Shown here piece after piece: positions 1-7,210 of a stretch of DNA of 64,000 nucleotides; position 1 is the stretch's first letter, and every line of letters begins with the position of its first letter. The notes beneath the pieces are model-generated. The model had not been told where the DNA came from. It worked only from the letters and a program-made list of their open reading frames with translations, and made no database searches. Source of the DNA: Dehalococcoidia bacterium (GTDB taxonomy: Bacteria; Chloroflexota; Dehalococcoidia; UBA6926); assembly GCA_963666115.2 (NCBI GenBank), contig CAXXET010000004.1, positions 320,001 to 384,000 on the forward strand, in the 5' to 3' direction. The position numbers were made by a program, and so were the translations under genes.

Positions 1-7
1 GCCGCCT

Positions 8-793
8 GTGGTGTTTTTGCACGGGATCGGCGGGGGCATCGAGGATTGGTGGGCGAACCTCGGTTATTTCGGCGAGCAGGGGTATCACGTGCTCGCGCCG
101 AGTATGCCGGGGCATGGGAAATCGGAGTATCACCCCGATGAATGGGATCCAGCGGAGAGCGGCAAGACAGTCATCGCGCTGCTGGACGCATGGGGCATCG
201 ATTCCGCGCCCCTGATCGCGCACTCGGCCGGCGGGATTGCGGCGATACTGGCCGCGCTGGAGTTTCCCGAACGGGTGGAGTCGCTGGTGCTGGCCGCGCC
301 TGGCGGGCTGACGCGCAAGATGGGGTGGCCGCTGCGGCTCGTGACCATCCCGTTCGTAGGGGAGGCGATGTGGCATCCGCGGCTGCTGGCCGGACACCGC
401 GCCCGCAAGACGATCTTCGCGGATGAGAACCTGGTGAATCACACGATCATGGACGAGTGGGTGGCGCGGCACCGCGACCCGCAACAGCGCAAGGCGTTCT
501 TTGACCTGCTTCGCAGGGGAATGGATATTCGCGGGATGAAGCGGCCCTATAACCTGCGGGGGCGGGCGCGGGATGTGCGTTGCCCGACGCTCATCTTCTG
601 GGGGCGGGAGGATATGATTGTGCCTTCGCCGGAGACACGGGACGGGCGGTTAATGACGTGGCCGGAGGCGGAATTCCGGGAGCTATCGCCGTGCGCGCAT
701 TGGCCGCAGGTGGAGCAGGCGGAGGTTTTTAACAGGGAGGCGGCGGGGTTTTTGGCACGGGCGGGGGTGGATTCTTCGCTGCGCTCAGAATGA
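8..793 (+). CDS. alpha/beta fold hydrolase (MhpC/BphD-like); 5' end may lie before the window
   Basis: HGIGG oxyanion motif, AHSAGG nucleophile elbow, WGREDMI acid and CAHWPQ catalytic His; the C-terminal DSSLRSE* is encoded by a repeat. Confidence 0.85.
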   Translation: MVFLHGIGGGIEDWWANLGYFGEQGYHVLAPSMPGHGKSEYHPDEWDPAESGKTVIALLDAWGIDSAPLIAHSAGGIAAILAALEFPERVESLVLAAPGGLTRKMGWPLRLVTIPFVGEAMWHPRLLAGHRARKTIFADENLVNHTIMDEWVARHRDPQQRKAFFDLLRRGMDIRGMKRPYNLRGRARDVRCPTLIFWGREDMIVPSPETRDGRLMTWPEAEFRELSPCAHWPQVEQAEVFNREAAGFLARAGVDSSLRSE

Positions 794-795
794 CA
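770..795 (+). repeat. family A hairpin repeat GATTCTTCGCTGCGCTCAGAATGACA; supplies the stop codon of the hydrolase
   Basis: near-identical 26-mer found 8 times in the window. Confidence 0.9.
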
Positions 796-856
796 GACGG
801 GGCGGAAAAGGGATTGGTTTGGCGGGGGTCGGGGGCATATAATCGGCGTGGAGACC

Positions 857-3800
857 ATGTTCACGCACCTGCACACCCATTCGGAGTTCAGCCTGCTGGA
901 TGGCTTGTGCCGCATTCCCGACCTCGTCGGGCACGCCTGTGAACTTGGATTCGAGTCGCTTGCCCTGACCGATCACGGGAGCCTGTACGGCGTCGTCGAT
1001 TTCTATCGAGAGGCCCAAGAGGCGGGGATCAAGCCAATCATTGGCGTTGAGGCGTACGTCGCGCCAGGGAGCAGGACGGATCGCACGCCGGGCAACAATC
1101 AGCCGTATCATCTCGTCCTCCTCGCCAGGAATGACGAGGGGTACCACAACCTGCTGCGGCTTGTCAGCATCGCCCACCTGGAAGGCTTCTACTACCGGCC
1201 GCGGATGGACCGGGAGGTGCTGGAGCAGTACGGGGCGGGGCTGATCGCGCTGTCGGCGTGCATGGCAGGCGAGGTAGCCCGGGCGCTGACGGAAGGCCGG
1301 CTTGACGATGCGCGAGAGGCGGCGCTGTGGCACAAGAAGACGTTTGACGGGTATTACATCGAGATCCAGCGGCACCCGGGCATTGCGGAGCTTGACCGGC
1401 TGAACGCCATGCTGCTCGACCTGGCGCAGGAACTGGATATTCCCATTGTCGCAACGAATGACCTGCACTACACGCGGCGCGAGGATTCGGACGCGCACGA
1501 CGTGCTGCTGTGCATCCAGACGAACTCTACTGTCGATGACACGAACCGGATGCGGATGGACGACGACGGTTTCTACCTGAAGTCCGAGGCGGAGATGCGG
1601 GAGTTGTTCGCGGATCTGCCGGAGGCGATTGAGAACGCGGGACGCATCGCGGACGAGTGCAACCTTGAGTTGGAGTTCAACCGGCTGCTGCTGCCGCAGA
1701 TTGAACTGCCGGACGGGCTGTCGTCGTTCGAGTACCTCGAGCAGCTCTGCTACGAGGGATTTGAGCAAAGATACGCGGAATACGCGGACACGGAGGGGGC
1801 GCGCCAGCGCGTGGCGTATGAGCTGGACGTTATCCGCCAGATGGACTTCGCCGACTATTTCCTGGTGGTGTGGGACCTGGCGGCGTACGCGCGCAAGCAG
1901 GGAATCCTGGTGGGGGTGCGGGGGAGCGCGGCGGCCAGCGCGGTCCTGTACTGCCTCTATATCACGAATATCGAGCCGCTGCGCTATGACCTCGTCTTTG
2001 AGCGATTCCTGAATCTTGAGCGCAAGGAGATGCCGGATATCGACCTGGACATCGAGGACGAGCGGCGGGATGAGTTGATCGACTACGTGACGCGGCGGTA
2101 CGGACAGGACCGCGTGGCGCAGATCATCACGTTTGGGACGTTCGGGGCGCGGGCGGGCATCCGCGACGTCGGGCGGGCGATGGGGATGTCGTTCAACGAC
2201 GTGGACCAGGTGGCGCGGCTGCTGCCGGCGGGCGCGCATCCGTCATCGTTGCAAGACGCGCTCGACCGGCTGCCGCAGTTCAGGGAGGCCTACGACGGCG
2301 ACGAGACGGTGCAGAAGCTGGTCACGACGGCTATGCAGCTGGAGGGCATCGCGCGGAACGCGAGCACGCACGCGGCGGGGGTGGTGATCTCACGGGAACC
2401 GCTGGTCAACGTGGTGCCGCTCCAGCGGCCGGTGAAGAGCGCGGGTTCAGACGACGACGGCGTGCCGATGACGCAGTGGGACATGCACCGCGTGGCGGAG
2501 GCGGGGCTGCTCAAGCTCGACCTGCTGGGGCTGACGAACCTGACGACGCTGGCGCGGACGCGCGACCTGATCGAGCAGCGGTACGGCAAGCGCATCGACA
2601 TCGACTCAATTCCCCTTGACGATGCGAAGACCTTCGACCTGCTGTCCGCCGGCAAGACGATGGGCATCTTCCAGCTTGAGGGACAGGGGATGACGCGGTG
2701 GATACAGCGGCTGCAGCCGCAGACGTTGAATGAAATTTCGGCGATGATCGCGCTGTACCGGCCGGGGCCGATGGAGCATATACAGCACTATATCGACAGC
2801 AAGAAGGGCAAGATTTCCGTCACGTTTCCGCATGACGACCTAGCCGATATTTTGCATGAGACGTACGGCGTGATCGTGTACCAGGACCAGGTGCTGCAAA
2901 TTGCGCAGCGCTTTGCGGGGTACAGCCTCGGCCAGGCGGACATCGTGCGCAAGGCCATGGGCAAGAAGGTGCGGGAGATCATGGAGGCGGAGGAGCAGGG
3001 CTTCCTCGACGGGGCGCTGCAACAGGGGTACTCGCAGACCCAGGCGCGGGACATCTTCAAGCTCATCGAGCCGTTCGCGGGATACGCGTTCAACAAGGCG
3101 CACAGCGTGAGCTATGCGTACATCGCGTACCAGACGGCGTATTTCAAGGCGAACTATCCGCGTGAATACATGGCATCCCTGCTGAACGCGCATTTGGGGT
3201 CGCAGGACCGGGCGGGGGCGGACGCGGAGGAGTGCCGGACACTCGGGCTGACGGTCGCGCCGCCAAGCGTGAATGCAAGCACGGAGGAGTACTCAATCGA
3301 CGATGCCGCCGACCCCAACGACGACGCATCCGGGGAGGACGCGGTCATTCGCGTGGGGCTTTCGGCAATCAAGAACGTGGGGTACGGGGCGGCACAGTCG
3401 CTGGTGTCTGAACGAAAGGCGAACGGGCCGTTCAAGGACCTGGGCGACTTCATCGGGCGGGCGGATTTGACGTCGCTCAACCGGCGCGGGCTGGAGAACC
3501 TGGTCAAGGCGGGGGCGCTGGACGACCTGGGGGAACGCGCGACGCTGCTTGAGAACGTGGAGCGCATCCTGTCGTCGTCGGCACAGCAACAACGTCAGCG
3601 CAATTCGTCGCAAACAAGCATGTTCGACGCGATGGCAGACGACCCTGCCCTGTCGATCCCAAGCATCGAGCTAGCGGAGGCAGAGCAACCGGCGTCGAAT
3701 GAGGAGAAGGGGTCGTGGGAGAAGGAGTTGATGGGAATCCACTTCTCCAACGATCCGTACCGGGTGCTGCGCGCGGCGCGGTTGCCAGATGACCTAACGC

Positions 3801-4573
3801 CATGCACCAACGTCTCCGCCGAAATGGAAAGGGACAAGATTAACCTGGCGGGGATTGTGACGGCCGTGCGGACGTTTATGGTTCGCGAGAAAAATGCCGC
3901 TTCCGTCACGCTGAATGATCAATCAGGCGCCGCCACGGTGACTATCTGGCCGGAGCAATATGAGAAGTCGATGGACACATGGCAGATGAACACGCCGGTG
4001 CTTATTAGGGGAACCGTGCGTGTCCGCCAGGACGAGCCGTCCATCAATTGCGAAGAGTTCACCGTGCTGGAAGTGAGCGCGGAAGACCTTAAGGCTGCTC
4101 CGCCTGCTCCCCCGGCGGTGAACGGGCATTCATCCGCCAACGCAGTCAAAGACGAAAGCACGGACGGCGGCGCGGCGGTCGCTGAGCCTGTTCCTGTCGC
4201 AACAGAGGATGCGCCTAAGCAGGAGGCTGAGCCGGAACCGGAGAAGGGTGACGCGCCTGCTACAACGGACGTAAAGGCAGAGCGCGCGCCTGCCGTGGAG
4301 AAGCCATCGAATGGCGCGGCGGCGCGGGTGTTGATCTCCGTGATGCTGCACGAGACGCAGGACGAGGAGGCCGACGTTGACCGGCTGAACAGGGTTGTAC
4401 AGGCGTTGCGCGCACATCCGGGAGAGAGTCCGGTTCAGCTGGTGATCATGCAGCAGGGCGAGCAGTCCGTTATTACGATGGAATTCCGGACGGCTCACTC
4501 GGAGGAGTTGGAAACCGAGATCGCGGGGATTCTGGGCGGCAGTTTCCTGACGGTTCAGCCGCTGCTGATGTAG
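857..4573 (+). CDS. dnaE: DNA polymerase III alpha subunit
   Basis: PHP domain (FTHLHTHSEFSLLDG, ALTDHG), GVRGSAA, MPDIDLD, GLLKLDLLGL and FAGYAFNKAH motifs, OB fold; TATAAT at 838-843. Confidence 0.97.
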   Translation: MFTHLHTHSEFSLLDGLCRIPDLVGHACELGFESLALTDHGSLYGVVDFYREAQEAGIKPIIGVEAYVAPGSRTDRTPGNNQPYHLVLLARNDEGYHNLLRLVSIAHLEGFYYRPRMDREVLEQYGAGLIALSACMAGEVARALTEGRLDDAREAALWHKKTFDGYYIEIQRHPGIAELDRLNAMLLDLAQELDIPIVATNDLHYTRREDSDAHDVLLCIQTNSTVDDTNRMRMDDDGFYLKSEAEMRELFADLPEAIENAGRIADECNLELEFNRLLLPQIELPDGLSSFEYLEQLCYEGFEQRYAEYADTEGARQRVAYELDVIRQMDFADYFLVVWDLAAYARKQGILVGVRGSAAASAVLYCLYITNIEPLRYDLVFERFLNLERKEMPDIDLDIEDERRDELIDYVTRRYGQDRVAQIITFGTFGARAGIRDVGRAMGMSFNDVDQVARLLPAGAHPSSLQDALDRLPQFREAYDGDETVQKLVTTAMQLEGIARNASTHAAGVVISREPLVNVVPLQRPVKSAGSDDDGVPMTQWDMHRVAEAGLLKLDLLGLTNLTTLARTRDLIEQRYGKRIDIDSIPLDDAKTFDLLSAGKTMGIFQLEGQGMTRWIQRLQPQTLNEISAMIALYRPGPMEHIQHYIDSKKGKISVTFPHDDLADILHETYGVIVYQDQVLQIAQRFAGYSLGQADIVRKAMGKKVREIMEAEEQGFLDGALQQGYSQTQARDIFKLIEPFAGYAFNKAHSVSYAYIAYQTAYFKANYPREYMASLLNAHLGSQDRAGADAEECRTLGLTVAPPSVNASTEEYSIDDAADPNDDASGEDAVIRVGLSAIKNVGYGAAQSLVSERKANGPFKDLGDFIGRADLTSLNRRGLENLVKAGALDDLGERATLLENVERILSSSAQQQRQRNSSQTSMFDAMADDPALSIPSIELAEAEQPASNEEKGSWEKELMGIHFSNDPYRVLRAARLPDDLTPCTNVSAEMERDKINLAGIVTAVRTFMVREKNAASVTLNDQSGAATVTIWPEQYEKSMDTWQMNTPVLIRGTVRVRQDEPSINCEEFTVLEVSAEDLKAAPPAPPAVNGHSSANAVKDESTDGGAAVAEPVPVATEDAPKQEAEPEPEKGDAPATTDVKAERAPAVEKPSNGAAARVLISVMLHETQDEEADVDRLNRVVQALRAHPGESPVQLVIMQQGEQSVITMEFRTAHSEELETEIAGILGGSFLTVQPLLM

Positions 4574-4577
4574 TTAT

Positions 4578-4799
4578 ATGGAATGGACGCACCTGGCGAC
4601 GATGGACGACCAGATCAGCGCGGAGCTGCTGGTCCAGGCCCTGCGGGATGAGGGCATCGAGGCGCTGGTCAACCAGGGTGATACGAGCAGCTTTCTTGGC
4701 GTGATGGGACAGCCGTGCCGCGTGATGGTGCGGGCGGACGCATGGGGGCGGGCGACGGCGCTGTTGGAGAAGTGGGATTCTTCGCTACGCTCAGAATGA
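4578..4799 (+). CDS. DUF2007-like (putative signal-transducing) small protein
   Basis: AELLVQALRDEGIEA...CRVMVR pattern; directly follows dnaE; ends in repeat-derived DSSLRSE*. Confidence 0.7.
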   Translation: MEWTHLATMDDQISAELLVQALRDEGIEALVNQGDTSSFLGVMGQPCRVMVRADAWGRATALLEKWDSSLRSE

Positions 4800-4820
4800 C
4801 ATTATGCGGTCAGAATGACA
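4776..4820 (+). repeat. family A repeat plus a partial second copy (TCAGAATGACA)
   Basis: GATTCTTCGCTACGCTCAGAATGACA at 4776-4801; partial copy at 4810-4820. Confidence 0.9.
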
Positions 4821-4827
4821 TGGGGGG

Positions 4828-5286
4828 TTAGGAGTTCCAGGGGCCGATGATGTCCTCTGTGCGCCAGCCGCCGTAGAAGTCGCCATGAACCAACTCAACG
4901 GGAAGGTCATCGACGTATGCCGCGTCGAGCTTCCACGTATAGAAGGCCATGTACTCCCTGATGCCCTCGTACTCCTCTTTCGGGTTCACGTAGCTCCAGA
5001 TTGCCGCTTCCGCGTGCCGGTCACCGACACGGACGCCCCAGTAGCTGGCGGCGCCTTTGAAGGGTCAAGTGGAGGTGCGCTCCTCAGCGACAAGGAATTC
5101 CTGCCGCACGTCCTCAGGCGGAAAGTAGTAGACGGGCGGCATGTCCTTTTCAACGATGCGGACACCGCGCGTCGTTTCCGCAAGGATTTCCCCGCCGAAC
5201 TCTACGCGCAGCCGGCGGTTCACCGGCTGAACCGGGCCGGGAGACGGCGGGTAATCGGCTGCTGATTCGCGGTCGGCGGTTGTCAT
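4828..5286 (-). CDS. DUF427 family protein with an in-frame UGA (candidate selenocysteine) at 5065-5067
   Basis: PPVYYFPPEDV...ERTST-UGA-PFKGAASYW...AIWSY...GDFYGGW continues in the same frame to TAA at 4828; the UGA aligns with the Cys of the family motif CP(Y/W/F)KGxASY. Confidence 0.85.
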
Positions 5287-5344
5287 TGGATTGCTCCTTT
5301 TGATTGTGGCGTATGGGGGGATTGTACGCCTTTTGGGGGGATAA

Positions 5345-5369
5345 ATTCTTCGCTGCGCTCAGAATGACA
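5345..5369 (+). repeat. family A repeat downstream of mutL
   Basis: ATTCTTCGCTGCGCTCAGAATGACA. Confidence 0.9.
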
Positions 5370-5376
5370 TTCGGGG

Positions 5377-7209
5377 TTAGCGGCGGCCGAATTGGCGTTC
5401 AAGTTGGGCGGAGCTGAGGTGGACCATCGTCGGGCGGCCGTGGGGGCATAGGCGGGGGAAGTTGGCGTCGCTGAACAGGGTGATCAGGGACTCCATTTCG
5501 GCGAGGGAGAGGGTCTGACCGGCACGGACGGTGGAGTGGCAGGCGATGGTGGCTGCGACGCGCCTTTCCCGCATATCGACGGCGTCCGCGGCCTGGGTGA
5601 TTACGGTATCAGAAGTATCAGCTTCATCAGGGGAGGACTGGATTCCCGCTTTCGCGGGAATGACGGAGGGGTAGTCGTCGATTTCGCCGCCGGAACGCTC
5701 GTCTAGGACTTCGAGGAAGGCTTGCGGGGCCTCTGATTCTTTCAGCGTCGCGGGCATGGCGCGGAGGAGGATAGCATCGTCGCCGAACGTCTCCCACTCG
5801 AACCCGTAGGACGATAGGAGATCGCTCAAGGGGGCGATGGCATCCTGTTGGCGAGTTGTGAGTTGGACGGTGGCAGGCGTGAGGAGGCCCTGCGACGTGG
5901 CGGTCTGCTCTCTGCGCCCGGCGAGGATCTGTTCAAAGACGACGCGTTCATGGGCGGCGTGCTGATCAATGAGGTACATGCCGTCCGGGCCTTCGGCGAC
6001 GATGTAGGTGAGGCCGACCTGGCCGACGGGGCGGAGGGTGAATTGTTGCGGGGGGGGCGGTGCGCCACTGTGTTCGGTTGCCGAATTGGGGTCAAGATTC
6101 CCGCTTTCGCGGGAAAAAGGAGAGGGGGGTGGGAAGAGGGGCGGGGGTTCGAGTTGGATTTCGGCGTCGGGGGGGGCGGAGGGGATTGGGGTTCCTGCTT
6201 GCGCGGGAACAACTGCTGGGAGGTGGACGGCGAGGGTGCGGCGGAGGGCGCGCTGAACGGTTGCGATGACTTCGCCCTCACGCCGCAACCGCACTTCTGC
6301 CTTGGTGGGATGAACGTTGACGTCAATCTCATCGGGCGGGACGGTGACAAAGAGGACAACGAGGGGATAGCGCCCTCGCTGGATGATGTCGCGGTAGGCG
6401 TCGGCAATGGCGTAATAGAGGATGCGGGCCTCAACCAGGCGTCCATTGATAAAGAGAATTTGGCCAGCGCGGCGCGGGCGCGTGGTGCCCGGCTCACTGG
6501 CATAGCCCGAGACGGTCGTTCCGCCCATGGTGGTGGGCTGGATGGGAAGCATACCGGACGCGGTGTCCGGGCCCCACATTTCGAGCAGGACATGGGAAGC
6601 ATCGCCGCTGCCGGGTGAGTGGAACGCGAGGCGTCCATCGACGATGACACGGAGAGCGACATCGGGGTGCGCGAGGGCGTACTGAGTGAGGACGGTAACG
6701 CAGCGCGTCGCCTCGGCGGCGGCTGAGCGGAGGAATGAGAGGCGGGCGGGAACGTTCTTGAAGAGGTCGCGGACAAAGACGGTGGTGCCGAACGGCGCGC
6801 CCTGCATGCCCCGCTCGATGATGTCATTGTCGGCGGCGATGACGTACTGGCCGCCCTCAGTATCCGAAACGCGGGAGACGATTGTCATGCGGGCGACGGC
6901 TGCGATAGAGGCAAGAGCCTCACCGCGAAAGCCGAGAGTGCCGATGCGCTCAAGGTCCCGGACTGTTCGCAACTTGGACGTGGCGTGGCGCATGACGGCG
7001 AGTTCAAGTTCATCCTCCGGGATGCCGGATGCGTCGTCGGTAACGCGGATGAGGTCGAGGCCGCCACGCACGATTTCAACTTCGACCTGGCCGGCGCCGG
7101 CGTCGATTGCGTTTTCGACCAGTTCCTTGACGACGGACGCGGGGCGTTCGATGACCTCGCCGGCAGCGATCTTGGAGGCTACGTCTCGGTCGAGGAGTTG
7201 GATGGGCAT
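5377..7209 (-). CDS. mutL: DNA mismatch repair endonuclease MutL
   Basis: IAAGEVIERPASVVKELVEN, GFRGEALAS, DVNVHPTK, DQHAAHER, ACH and CPHGRP motifs. Confidence 0.97.
   Translation of the reverse strand: MPIQLLDRDVASKIAAGEVIERPASVVKELVENAIDAGAGQVEVEIVRGGLDLIRVTDDASGIPEDELELAVMRHATSKLRTVRDLERIGTLGFRGEALASIAAVARMTIVSRVSDTEGGQYVIAADNDIIERGMQGAPFGTTVFVRDLFKNVPARLSFLRSAAAEATRCVTVLTQYALAHPDVALRVIVDGRLAFHSPGSGDASHVLLEMWGPDTASGMLPIQPTTMGGTTVSGYASEPGTTRPRRAGQILFINGRLVEARILYYAIADAYRDIIQRGRYPLVVLFVTVPPDEIDVNVHPTKAEVRLRREGEVIATVQRALRRTLAVHLPAVVPAQAGTPIPSAPPDAEIQLEPPPLFPPPSPFSRESGNLDPNSATEHSGAPPPPQQFTLRPVGQVGLTYIVAEGPDGMYLIDQHAAHERVVFEQILAGRREQTATSQGLLTPATVQLTTRQQDAIAPLSDLLSSYGFEWETFGDDAILLRAMPATLKESEAPQAFLEVLDERSGGEIDDYPSVIPAKAGIQSSPDEADTSDTVITQAADAVDMRERRVAATIACHSTVRAGQTLSLAEMESLITLFSDANFPRLCPHGRPTMVHLSSAQLERQFGRR
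5641..5664 (+). repeat. family B hairpin repeat GATTCCCGCTTTCGCGGGAATGAC, in frame inside mutL (VIPAKAGI)
   Basis: exact 24-mer; related copies at 6096, 12326, 15528, 22057, 30707, 34823, 45391, 46785, 50120 and 50155. Confidence 0.9.
6096..6115 (+). repeat. family B repeat, in frame in the MutL linker (FSRESGN)
   Basis: GATTCCCGCTTTCGCGGGAA. Confidence 0.85.
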
Positions 7210-7210
7210 A

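Noticed and set aside
785-2239. Long antisense ORFs (also 17988-19280, 22211-23686, 49286-50767, 54124-55455)
   Set aside because: They are GC-rich shadow frames opposite well-supported genes and carry no motifs.
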